Origin: an uncultured Acidobacteriota bacterium
GTDB taxonomy: Bacteria; Acidobacteriota; Thermoanaerobaculia; UBA5066; Gp7-AA6
Length of the DNA stretch: 64,000 nt
Reading direction: 5' to 3'
Assembly (NCBI GenBank): GCA_963764715.1
Contig: CAVXTP010000022.1
Coordinates: forward strand, 448,001-512,000
Positions 33,868 to 42,756 of this stretch are shown here, in pieces. The stretch's first letter is position 1. Every line of letters begins with the position of its first letter. The notes below the pieces were generated by a model. That model was given only the letters and a program-made list of their open reading frames with translations, was not told the origin of the DNA and did not search any database. The translations under genes and the position numbers were made by a program.

Positions 33868-34557
33868 CTAGAGCCGCAGCGGAGCGGCGGCGACGGGGCG
33901 GAAGGAGAGAACGGACCCGCCGCGAGGAGCGGAGCCGGCGGAATGCGCGATGCCGACGACCGCTCGGCCGATCTCCCGCCCGGTGGCCGGCGACGGGGCG
34001 CCGGCGATCTCGGTCGCGACGAAGGGGACGAGGATGCGTCCGGCCGCGGAGGACATCGCGCCGCCGAACAGGTCCTCCGCCGTCAGCACGGTCGCTTCGG
34101 GGGGCGTCCACCATTCGGCGGTCCGCCGGTAGAGCTCCTGGACCCGGCCGTCGACGTCCGACAGGATCCGGAAGTCGCCGCTGACGGCCCGGAGGCGTTC
34201 GGTCCTCCCCAGACCCTCGGATCCCGTGCGGAGCGCGAGGCGAGCTCGGCCCGTCGCCAGCGCGGGCACACGCCAGAGGTAGCTGGTCGCGCACGGGTGG
34301 AGCTCGTTGGACACGCGGATCGGGAACGTGAGACCGCCGTCGAGCGAGAGGACGACCTCGGCTTCGTCGGCGCTATCGCCGGTCGCGCTCGCGCTCGCGC
34401 AGGCCGACGCCCAGCGCACCTCGACGATCGATCCCGGAGCGAGGGATTCGCCGCGGCCCGGCGAGAGAAACGGCGACGACACCTCGCCACGCGCCGCCAA
34501 CGCGGCCGCGAGCGAGACGAGGACCGCGAGCCCCGTCCTCCATCGCCCCGATGACAT
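33868..34557 (-). CDS. Secreted hypothetical protein, paralogue 2, ending PLRL
   Basis: Signal peptide; VLSLDGGLTFPIR, WRVP, AEWWT; TATAGT -10 box 7 nt before the ATG. Confidence 0.75.
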   Translation of the reverse strand: MSSGRWRTGLAVLVSLAAALAARGEVSSPFLSPGRGESLAPGSIVEVRWASACASASATGDSADEAEVVLSLDGGLTFPIRVSNELHPCATSYLWRVPALATGRARLALRTGSEGLGRTERLRAVSGDFRILSDVDGRVQELYRRTAEWWTPPEATVLTAEDLFGGAMSSAAGRILVPFVATEIAGAPSPATGREIGRAVVGIAHSAGSAPRGGSVLSFRPVAAAPLRL

Positions 34558-34600
34558 TGCGCGGACTATAACCCGCAGGGGACTGTTCCGGCCAACGCGA

Positions 34601-34990
34601 TCAGTGAGGAGCGGGCGTGGGGCCGGGAGCCGCATACCCTTCGCGGCGCGTGCCGTCCGGGTTCAGAGGCGCCGGGCCGCAGATGTAGGCCTCCCCCAGG
34701 CGGCCGTCGCCACGCACCAGCACCGTGTCGGCGCCCGCGAGCACGGCCTGCGTCCGGAAGTAGTCGGGCACCTGGGAGGGAGCCGGGACCAGGACCGGGT
34801 CGTACTGCGGCTCGATGTTCTTGACGAATTTGCAGGTTCCCTGGACCTTCTCCGCGTCCTCGGTGAGGCGGACGGCGTACTTGCCCTTCGTCGTCGCCTC
34901 CTCCTTGGCCTTGTCGGCTTCCTTCATGCTCGTGCAGGCGGCCATCACGAGGATCGCCGCCAGGCCGGCCGCCGCCGTTCTCATCTTCAT
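34601..34990 (-). CDS. Small lipoprotein (DUF4156-like)
   Basis: Lipobox MAA-C; CKFV...GADTV...GEAYIC Cys pair. Confidence 0.65.
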   Translation of the reverse strand: MKMRTAAAGLAAILVMAACTSMKEADKAKEEATTKGKYAVRLTEDAEKVQGTCKFVKNIEPQYDPVLVPAPSQVPDYFRTQAVLAGADTVLVRGDGRLGEAYICGPAPLNPDGTRREGYAAPGPTPAPH

Positions 34991-35327
34991 GACGTCAGTA
35001 TCGCACCGATCGCCACCTCGTAATTCCCCCAGTCGATCGCGGGACCCGCGACGGGTACATTCCGCCGGTCCGGCCGGGCCGGTCCGAGTGGTCGGCCCCC
35101 GGACGTCCGTAGAGTTTTTGCTCTCGCGAGCATCGGGCGCGGCGACAGCCGCGCCCACCTTTTTCCGATCAACTCGAGACCTGGGGCCTCGGCAATTCGA
35201 GAGAAATGTGATTCGGCGGTCACTGGTCGGTCCCCGGGGGATTTCTTCGCTGTCCATGGGGCGGACACAATCCGTCGGGATTGCGTGCCGGCGAAATGTG
35301 CGTCCCCATCCGGCTGTTGAAGGCGGC

Positions 35328-35864
35328 ATGCCCATCACGGACGGAGGCCCGCTTTCCGGGCGGACGTGCCCGGCGTTTCGTTTACTGACCCTCCTTTCCG
35401 CCGGCTTCGCGCTGGCGGCAACCGCCGCCCCCGTACCGGCCGAAAAACCCGACGTCCGGGCACGGATCGTCGCCGTCCCCAGCCAGCCCGCCGGCGATCG
35501 GACCGTCGTCACCGTGGAGCTCTCGATCGGCCCGGGGTGGCACGTCAACAGCCACACTCCTCTGGACGCCTTTCTCATCCCGACCGACCTTTCGCTCGCG
35601 GCGTCGGCCGGCACCCTCTCGCCTGTTCGTTACCCCGAACCCCGGGAACGGAATTTCTCCTTTTCCGAGAAGCCGCTCAGCGTGTACGAGGGAACCGTGA
35701 GTCTCGAAATGGACCTCCAGCTTCCGACGGCGAGCGGAAAGGTCCATCTCTCGGGGAACCTCACGTATCAGGCCTGCAACGATCGGCAATGCTTCGCCCC
35801 GGCGACTCTCTCGCTCGAATCGAACATCACGACCACGGACGCCCCGCCGTCCTCCGGCCCGTGA
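35328..35864 (+). CDS. Stand-alone DsbD N-terminal (Ig-like) domain protein
   Basis: Signal peptide; IGPGWHVNS, VRYP, VYEG, YQACNDRQCFAP. Confidence 0.82.
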   Translation: MPITDGGPLSGRTCPAFRLLTLLSAGFALAATAAPVPAEKPDVRARIVAVPSQPAGDRTVVTVELSIGPGWHVNSHTPLDAFLIPTDLSLAASAGTLSPVRYPEPRERNFSFSEKPLSVYEGTVSLEMDLQLPTASGKVHLSGNLTYQACNDRQCFAPATLSLESNITTTDAPPSSGP

Positions 35865-36068
35865 GACCGAAGCTCCTTTCGCTTGTCGTCGCGAAGACGC
35901 CCGCGCGTTCCCTCCATGGGACACGCCGCCCCCGCCGGAGGTCACCCTGGTCGATCCCCGGAGCGCCGATGGTTCGGCTACAGGTCTCGCGAATGGGCGG
36001 TTTGCAATGATTTCACCGATGGTCGAAAGTGGCCCTGCGATTGCAGGAGCTCGATCTCTCGAAAACTG

Positions 36069-36803
36069 ATGCAGCCAGGGCGAGGGTCCGGCAAGGGGTT
36101 CCGACGGGGCATGGCACTTGGCGGCCTGCTGTCGCTCCTTCTTGGGATCCTCGGACCGGGCGCAGCGCTCGCCGCCGACCCCGCCGGAAGTGTCGATTTG
36201 CATCGGCTCGACGGCAACCCCCTCGCCCTCGACGCTCTCAGGGGCAGGGTGGTCATTCTCGATTTCTGGGCCTCCTGGTGCGTACCGTGCCGGACGAGCT
36301 TTCCGTTCTTCGACGCTCTCCAGCGAAAGTACGCGTCCCAGGGGCTGACCGTCATCGGACTGACGCTCGAGACCAGCGAGCACACGATCAAAGCCTTCCT
36401 CGATACCGTGCCCGTCGACTTCACCATCGCCCGCGATCCGACGGGACGGGCCGGCGTGGCGTTCGACGTCGTCGCCATGCCCACGACGTTGCTCCTCGAC
36501 CGGGAGGGCCGGGTGGCCGCTCGCTTCGAAGGAGGCGACAAGGAGACTCACGCGAAGCTCGAGGCGGCGGTCGCGCTCCTCCTCGCCGGCGATGCCCTGC
36601 CGAAGGGAACGGGAGTGCGCGTCTCGGGGGATCTCGAAGCGACGGGCACGATCAAGGCGTGGCAACGCGGATACCTCGCCGACCCGATCATGAGCCTCGA
36701 CGGCGACCCGGCGAGTCGCATCTTCAAAGAACACATCCACGCGAGCAAGGAGGCGGCCGCCGGCGACGGCGGCGCGGCGGGGGGCGGCTGTGGCTGCAAC
36801 TAA
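36069..36803 (+). CDS. TlpA/ResA-like thioredoxin fused to a DUF4266-like domain
   Basis: LDFWASWCVPC and AMPTT, then in the same frame IKAWQRGYLADPIM...HIHASKE...GGGCGCN; start may be 36111. Confidence 0.82.
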   Translation: MQPGRGSGKGFRRGMALGGLLSLLLGILGPGAALAADPAGSVDLHRLDGNPLALDALRGRVVILDFWASWCVPCRTSFPFFDALQRKYASQGLTVIGLTLETSEHTIKAFLDTVPVDFTIARDPTGRAGVAFDVVAMPTTLLLDREGRVAARFEGGDKETHAKLEAAVALLLAGDALPKGTGVRVSGDLEATGTIKAWQRGYLADPIMSLDGDPASRIFKEHIHASKEAAAGDGGAAGGGCGCN

Positions 36804-38010
36804 CCCTGTTCCGAACCCCGTGGCGCGACACGGTCGGCGCTCGTTCGGTGACGTTCCATGGATCGCCGCCGGGCTGGGAGCCCTCGCCGCGCGGCACGCG
36901 CAGGCACAGTCCTCGGTCGATGCGCAATTTCTGTTCTACAAGGAGTCCGGGGGACGAACCCAGGTCCTCAACCCCCTGATTCTCTGGAACCAGGACTTTG
37001 GAAAGACCGGCGGCGAGCTCGGTCTGACGCTCGGCTACGACTCGATTTCCGGAGCCTCGCCCACGGGGGGCTACCCCACGTCGGACGTGACCACGTCGGC
37101 ATCCGGCACGGTGACCCAAAGCGGGAACATTCCCCAGGCCGAGTACCAGGACACGCGCAAGTCCGTGGGACTCACCTACGGGCGTCGGTTCGGGGCCAAC
37201 CTTCCGAACGTCAATCTCGCCTACGCCCAGGAGAACGACTACACCGCGCGTGGCATCGGGCTCTCCGATTCGTGGACGCTGGTGGGAGGCCGGGCCACCC
37301 TCCACTTCGGGGCCGCCCTCTCGCGCGACACCGTCTCGCCTGTGTCTGGCCCGGAGGTCGGGCAGCACCTGCCCAAGAACACGAACGGGTTTTCCATCGG
37401 TTGGAGCTGGATCTTCGGCGAGAAGGACCTCGCGGACATCTCGGTCTCCCTGATGAATCTGTCGGGCTATCTCAACGACCCGTACAAGATCGTTCCGATC
37501 GGAGGGAGCGATTCCACGGAAACCGTTCCGGACTCGCGGCCGAGCACGCGCTCGCGCCGCGCGGTGGTCGCCAAGTACAGTCACTCTTTCGGAGGGGATG
37601 CATCGGTCAACTTCTTGTACCGCTACTACGGGGACGACTGGTCCGTTCACGCCAATACGCTCGACGTGACTTACAACCAGAAGCTCGGTGCCGACTGGAT
37701 CGTCTCCCCCGAGATCCGCCTCTACACGCAAACCGGCGCTTACTTCTTCGGTAACCGCTTCCTGGTCGTTCAGCCCTACATGTCGGCCGACTACAGGCTG
37801 TCGCCGTTTGGGAGCTTCCTCGGCGGCCTGACCCTCACTCGTCGCCTCCAGGACTCCCTCAGCGCGAACGTGGGGGCGACTTTTCTTTCCCAGCACGGGC
37901 GCGATCGCATCATCCTTCCGCCCACCGGCGAGACTCGCGGCGTGACTTCAGTGTCGGCGGCCGACATGAGCGTCAGCACCGTCACGTTCGGTCTCGTCTG
38001 GAGCTACTGA
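36790..38010 (+). CDS. DUF3570-like outer-membrane protein with a flavinylation motif
   Basis: DSISGAS (SGAS) motif; ENDY, GYLNDPY, YRYYGDDW, RLYTQTGAYF, SADYRLS; aromatic C-terminus; overlaps the GCGCN end of the upstream gene. Confidence 0.8.
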   Translation: MAATNPVPNPVARHGRRSFGDVPWIAAGLGALAARHAQAQSSVDAQFLFYKESGGRTQVLNPLILWNQDFGKTGGELGLTLGYDSISGASPTGGYPTSDVTTSASGTVTQSGNIPQAEYQDTRKSVGLTYGRRFGANLPNVNLAYAQENDYTARGIGLSDSWTLVGGRATLHFGAALSRDTVSPVSGPEVGQHLPKNTNGFSIGWSWIFGEKDLADISVSLMNLSGYLNDPYKIVPIGGSDSTETVPDSRPSTRSRRAVVAKYSHSFGGDASVNFLYRYYGDDWSVHANTLDVTYNQKLGADWIVSPEIRLYTQTGAYFFGNRFLVVQPYMSADYRLSPFGSFLGGLTLTRRLQDSLSANVGATFLSQHGRDRIILPPTGETRGVTSVSAADMSVSTVTFGLVWSY

Positions 38011-38054
38011 CGGAGCCCGCCGGACGCGTCCTGTATACGCGCCGCTTCCCCCTC

Positions 38055-38981
38055 ATGGGAGGAAGCGCGGTCGTCGAATTCGTGGACGACAGGGGCAGGG
38101 ACAGGGCCGAAGCCCTGGCCCGCGCGGTCGAAGCCGAGGCACGCCGCATCGAGAGGAAGTTCTCCCGCTACCTCGAATCGAGCGTGGTCTCGGAAATCAA
38201 CCGGAGCGCGGGTCGCACGCCCGTCGCGGTCGATCAGGAAACCGAGATGCTCGTTCTCGCCGCTCTCGACATGACGCGCATGACCGGCGGGCGCTTCGAC
38301 CCGACGGTGGGGGTGCTCCGACGCGTCTGGGACTTCAAGAGCCATCGCGTGCCGACCCCGGACGAGGTGGCCGCCGTCCTCCTCCTGGTGGACGCCGGCG
38401 CGGTGGCGGTGCGCGACCGCACCGTGTTCCTGCGAAAGCCGGGTATGGAAATCGACCTCGGCGGAGTGGGGAAAGAGTACGCCGTCGACCGGGCGGCACG
38501 GATTCTCGAGCGCGAAGGCATCCGCTCCGCCATCGTGAACTTCGCGGGCGATGTCCGTACGATTGGAAGCCGCGGGGACGGGCAACCCTGGAAGGTGGGC
38601 GTGGCGGATCCTCGCGAAAGAGGTCGCTGCCGCTTCGCGGTTCGGACTCTCGCGGGCGCCGGCATCGCCACGTCGGGTGACTACGAGCGCGGATTCGTCC
38701 AGGACGGCGTTCGCTATCACCACATTCTGGACGCGCGGACCGGCTGGCCGGCCCGGGGCCTGGCGTCGGTTACCGCAATCGCTGCCTCGGCCTTTCGCGC
38801 GGGCCGCTTTGCGACCGTGGCCTTTCTGCTGGGAGCGGAGGCGGGTCTCGCCCTCCTCGAAGACACCCCCGGGATCGAGGGCACCCTGATCACGGACGCA
38901 GGCGCCATCCTGGCCACGGCCGGGATGAAGATTCTCTCGGACCTGCCCGGCAGCCTCTGGGCGGCGCTGCAGCTGTTCTGA
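38055..38981 (+). CDS. apbE: FAD:protein FMN transferase
   Basis: GRFDPTVG, IDLGGVGKEYAVD, ATSGDYER, YHHILDARTGWP; frame is open back to a CTG at 38007. Confidence 0.92.
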   Translation: MGGSAVVEFVDDRGRDRAEALARAVEAEARRIERKFSRYLESSVVSEINRSAGRTPVAVDQETEMLVLAALDMTRMTGGRFDPTVGVLRRVWDFKSHRVPTPDEVAAVLLLVDAGAVAVRDRTVFLRKPGMEIDLGGVGKEYAVDRAARILEREGIRSAIVNFAGDVRTIGSRGDGQPWKVGVADPRERGRCRFAVRTLAGAGIATSGDYERGFVQDGVRYHHILDARTGWPARGLASVTAIAASAFRAGRFATVAFLLGAEAGLALLEDTPGIEGTLITDAGAILATAGMKILSDLPGSLWAALQLF

Positions 38982-38996
38982 AGCGACACGCGAGCT

Positions 38997-39044
38997 TGAC
39001 GGGGAGTGGTGGCCCCAACGGGAATCGAACCCGTGCTCCGGCCT
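38997..39044 (-). repeat. 48-bp direct repeat of the tRNA-Glu 3-prime half plus trailer (matches 39123-39170 with 1 mismatch)
   Basis: tgacggRgagtggtggccccaacgggaatcgaacccgtgctccggcct occurs twice, offset 126 bp. Confidence 0.92.
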
Positions 39045-39132
39045 CCGGGGGCTCGGGGGCCGCAAGGCCCCCGCTCAAGGAGCCGGCCGTGTCCGACACG
39101 GCGGACCAGCGAGACGTGAGGGTGACGGAGAG

Positions 39133-39207
39133 TGGTGGCCCCAACGGGAATCGAACCCGTGCTCCGGCCTTGAAAGAGCCGTGTCCTAACCGTTAGACGA
39201 TGGGGCC
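39133..39207 (-). tRNA. tRNA-Glu (UUC)
   Basis: GGCCCCATCGTCTAACGGTTAGGACACGGCTCTTTCAAGGCCGGAGCACGGGTTCGATTCCCGTTGGGGCCACCA: cloverleaf, TTC anticodon, encoded CCA. Confidence 0.96.
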
Positions 39208-39241
39208 GTCCGGGGTCGAAAAATAGCACGCCGGCCTGCAC

Positions 39242-39274
39242 AAAAACAGAACGGGCGGGGTCGACCCCCGCCCG
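39242..39274 (-). terminator. Probable Rho-independent terminator of the 39300-39596 gene
   Basis: 9-bp CGGGCGGGG/CCCCGCCCG stem followed by TTCTGTTTTT on the minus strand. Confidence 0.65.
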
Positions 39275-39299
39275 ATCGAAACACCGCGTGATTCCGACG

Positions 39300-39596
39300 T
39301 TACTTCTTGGGCTGCATCGCTCCGACGTGCACCGAGCTGGCCCAGGTCTTGCCGTCCTTGTCGGCGGCCTTGACGTGAACCATCTCCCCTTCCTTCGGCG
39401 TGCCCTGGACCTTCGTCGTGTCGTTCCAGTAGATCGTCGTTTCCTTGCCGTCGGCGGTCTTGACGACCATCGACTTGCCCGCCATGTCGACCTTCGAGAT
39501 CGTGCCCGAGATCGACTTGCCGTCCATGTGCTGGCCGGCGAGACCGACGACCGCGCAGAACACCGCAACCACCGCAAGAGCCAGAACCTTTTTCAT
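39300..39596 (-). CDS. Small secreted OB-fold-like protein
   Basis: SD GGAGGA; signal peptide; GTISKVD...VVKTADGKETTI...KEGEMVHV pattern. Confidence 0.75.
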   Translation of the reverse strand: MKKVLALAVVAVFCAVVGLAGQHMDGKSISGTISKVDMAGKSMVVKTADGKETTIYWNDTTKVQGTPKEGEMVHVKAADKDGKTWASSVHVGAMQPKK

Positions 39597-39708
39597 TTGA
39601 TCCTCCGAATGCGCCGGCGCTCTATTGCGCCGTACGACCGAGGGTCACGTTAGCGGCGCGAGCGTGAACGAAGGATGAACGCCGCAAGTCGTTCGCCCGC
39701 AAAGGCGT

Positions 39709-39737
39709 TTGACTTGCCCGACCCCCAAAAACATAAT
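39709..39737 (+). promoter_or_regulatory. Sigma70-type promoter of the APC transporter
   Basis: TTGACT-N17-CATAAT. Confidence 0.7.
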
Positions 39738-39763
39738 CCGCCCCGCCCCGGAAGGGCACAACC

Positions 39764-41758
39764 TTGCCCACGACAATCAAGACCATTCTCGTCGGGAAGG
39801 CCCGGGATCCGATGGATCCTCGAGTCTTTCACGCCGTCTCGCTCGCCGCCTTCCTCGCCTGGGTGGGCCTCGGCGCCGACGGCCTCTCGTCCTCGGCCTA
39901 CGGCCCGGAGGAAGCGTTCAAGGCGCTCGGGTCCCACGCCTACCTGTCGGTCTTCCTCGCGCTGATGATCGCGGCCACCGTCCTCATCATCTCGGCCTGC
40001 TACAGCAAGGTCATCGAGCTCTTCCCCGGCGGGGGTGGCGGTTACCTGGTCGCCACCAAGCTCCTCGGCCCGCGCTTCGGCGTGGTCTCGGGCTGCGCCC
40101 TCATCTTCGACTACGTGCTCACGATTTCGACATCGGTGGCCTCCGGAATCGACCAGATCTTCAGCTTCCTGCCGCTGTCGTGGAGCGGCTACCGGTTCGT
40201 GTTCAAGCTGCTGATCCTCGGCGTCCTCGTGCTGCTCAACCTCCGGGGCGTCAAGGAAAGCGTCCAGATCCTCGTTCCGATCTTCATCGTCTTCGTCGTC
40301 ACCCACTTCCTCATGGTCGTCGTGGCGGTCGGTCAGCACCTGTTCGACCTTCCGCGCATCTACCTCGGGGCGATTCGGGAAGCGCAGGGGACGGCGAGCG
40401 AGATCGGGGGGCTCGCCACGCTCTTCATCATCTTCCGGGCCTACTCGCTCGGTGCCGGTGCGTATACGGGCATCGAGGCCGTGTCGAACGGCGTTCAGAT
40501 TCTCCGCGAGCCCAAGGTCGCCAACGCAAAGCGAACCATGGCTTACATGGCCACCTCGCTGGCGGTCATGGCGGCCGGCATTATCCTCGGCTACCTGCTG
40601 ACCGACGCGCGTCCGACTCCCGGCCGCGTCATGAACGCGATCCTCGCCGAGAAGGTGTTCGGCGGCTGGACGATCGGCGGATTCGGCATCGGGCATGTCA
40701 TAGTGGTCCTGACGCTCGCCGCCGCGGGCTCGATTCTCTTCGTTGCGGCCCAGACGGGCTTTCTCGACGGACCGCGGATTCTGGCCAACATGGCGGTCGA
40801 CTCCTGGGCCCCCCGCCGGTTCGCCCAGCTCTCCGACCGTCTCGTGACGAACAACGGCGTTCTCCTCATGGGGATCGCCGCGGCGGCAACGCTCGTCTAC
40901 ACCCGCGGCTCCGTGTCGAGCCTGCTCGTCATGTACGCGATCAACGTGTTCGTGACGTTCAGCCTCACGCTCATCGGGATGACGCGCCACTGGTGGCAGG
41001 AGCGCGGGCGCGACGCCGCCTGGAAGAAAGGCTTCGCGCTCCAGGGCTTCGGAGCGGTCCTCTGCATCGGGATCCTCATCATCACGGTCTACGAGAAGGC
41101 CTACGAGGGCGGCTGGATGACGATCGTCGTGACGACGCTGCTCGTGACCCTCGCCTTTTCGATCAAGCGCCATTACCTGCGCGTCCGAGACCAGCTCCGG
41201 CGGCTCGACGAGCAGCTCCTCGACATTCCCGTGCGTCCCCACCCGCAAGAGGCCGGGGAGATCTCTCGGGAGGAGCCGCTCGCCGTGATGCTGGTCAATG
41301 GATTCTCGGGTCTCGGCGTCCACACGGTGCTGTCCGTTCAGACACTCTTCCCGCACCAGTACAAGAGCTACCTCTTCGTCTCGGTGGGCGTCATCGATTC
41401 GGCGATCTTCAAGGGCCATTCCGAAATCGAGGCCCTCGAGAAGCACACGGTCGAGGACCTGAAGAAGTACGTGGACTTCGCCCGCAAGCTCGGCTTCAAG
41501 GCGGACTACCGGTACAAGATCGGCACCGAGGCGGTCGAGGCGGTCGTCGACGTCTGCGAGGACGTTGGCAAGGAATTCCCGAGATCCATCTTCTACCTCG
41601 GCCAGCTCGTCTTCGAAAACGACAAGTTCTACTACCGCCTGCTCCACAACGAGACGGCATTCGCCATCCAGCGCCGCCTCCAGTTTGCAGGGCTGCAGGC
41701 GGTCGTGCTGCCGATCCGGGTGCTGGAGTCGAGGAAACGCCTCAAGAAGGCGTCCTGA
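39764..41758 (+). CDS. APC family permease, KimA/YdaO-like (possible K+ importer)
   Basis: DGLSSSAYGPEE, FPGGGGGY, DYVLT, NLRGVKES, TGIEAVSNG, YAINVF; cytoplasmic tail with LLHNET. Confidence 0.85.
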   Translation: MPTTIKTILVGKARDPMDPRVFHAVSLAAFLAWVGLGADGLSSSAYGPEEAFKALGSHAYLSVFLALMIAATVLIISACYSKVIELFPGGGGGYLVATKLLGPRFGVVSGCALIFDYVLTISTSVASGIDQIFSFLPLSWSGYRFVFKLLILGVLVLLNLRGVKESVQILVPIFIVFVVTHFLMVVVAVGQHLFDLPRIYLGAIREAQGTASEIGGLATLFIIFRAYSLGAGAYTGIEAVSNGVQILREPKVANAKRTMAYMATSLAVMAAGIILGYLLTDARPTPGRVMNAILAEKVFGGWTIGGFGIGHVIVVLTLAAAGSILFVAAQTGFLDGPRILANMAVDSWAPRRFAQLSDRLVTNNGVLLMGIAAAATLVYTRGSVSSLLVMYAINVFVTFSLTLIGMTRHWWQERGRDAAWKKGFALQGFGAVLCIGILIITVYEKAYEGGWMTIVVTTLLVTLAFSIKRHYLRVRDQLRRLDEQLLDIPVRPHPQEAGEISREEPLAVMLVNGFSGLGVHTVLSVQTLFPHQYKSYLFVSVGVIDSAIFKGHSEIEALEKHTVEDLKKYVDFARKLGFKADYRYKIGTEAVEAVVDVCEDVGKEFPRSIFYLGQLVFENDKFYYRLLHNETAFAIQRRLQFAGLQAVVLPIRVLESRKRLKKAS

Positions 41759-41768
41759 GGAGGGGCCG

Positions 41769-42756
41769 CTACTCGGGCCGCAGGGCCCGCTTCATCAGGC
41801 CGTCGACGGCCTCGCGCGCCGGAACGCCCTCGTAGAGCACCTGGACGACCGCCTCCGCGATCGGCGCGTCGGAGCCCCCGGCCGCGGCGAGCCGCGGGAC
41901 CGCGAGGCACGTCCGCGCGCCCTCGGCGACTTCGGGCATCTCGACGAGCACCTCGGAGAGCGTTCGGCCCCGGCCGATCTGCTCGCCGACGAAACGGTTC
42001 CGCGACTGCTGCCCCATGCACGTCAGCATGAGATCGCCGATCCCCGCGAGGCCATGGATCGTGCGGTCCTGCCCTCCCCCGGCCCGCACGATCCGTCCGA
42101 TCTCGGCGAGGCCGCGCGTCACGAGGGCCGCGAGCGTGTTCGGCCCGAAGCCCAGGCCCGCGACGATGCCGGCCGCGATCGCGACGACGTTCTTCAGCGC
42201 TCCGGCGAGCTCGACGCCCACGACGTCGTCGGAGCGGTAGAGGCGAAAGCACGGGCTCGAGAGCGCCTCCTGGAGCTCCTGGGCGAAGCCCCCGTCGCCG
42301 GACGCGACGACGGCGGCCGTCGGGTCGCCCCTCGCCACGCCCTCCGCGAAGGTCGGGCCCCGACAGCGCGGCCACGACGGCGCCCGGATAGTGCTCCCGC
42401 ATGATCTCGGTCATCCGCCGCAGGGTGTCGGGCTCGATGCCCTTGGCCGTCGAAACGAGCCGCAGCGGCCGTCCCTCGGCGGCCGGGGACAGGGAGAGCA
42501 GGGGGCGGAGCGACGCGCAGGGCACGGCGACGAAGATGGTCTCGCTGAACGCGAACGCCTCGGCGAGGTCCGACGACGTCCTCGTCGACGACGGGATCGG
42601 GTAGCCCGCGAGCCGGCGCGGGTGCCGGCCGTCGGCTTCGATGCGCGCCGCGACCTCCGGATCGCGGCCCCAGAGAAGGACGTCGTGCCCGGACCGCGCG
42701 AACTCGATCGCGAGCGCGGTGCCCCAGGAGCCCGCCCCGAGGATGCCGACCCTCAC
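41769..42756 (-). CDS. gpsA: NAD(P)H-dependent glycerol-3-phosphate dehydrogenase (one +1 frameshift near 42360)
   Basis: GAGSWGTAL, TAKGIE, LSGP|TFA, GALKNVVAI, GLAGIGDL, SRNR, VAEG; span is 3n+1. Confidence 0.9.

Noticed and set aside
38997-39170. CRISPR or active integrative element interpretation of the tRNA repeat
   Set aside because: Only two copies, both tRNA-derived; no cas, integrase or transposase gene anywhere in the window.
39600-39763. c-di-AMP (ydaO) riboswitch expected upstream of a KimA-like transporter
   Set aside because: The predicted promoter leaves only ~20 nt of leader and no aptamer motifs are visible.
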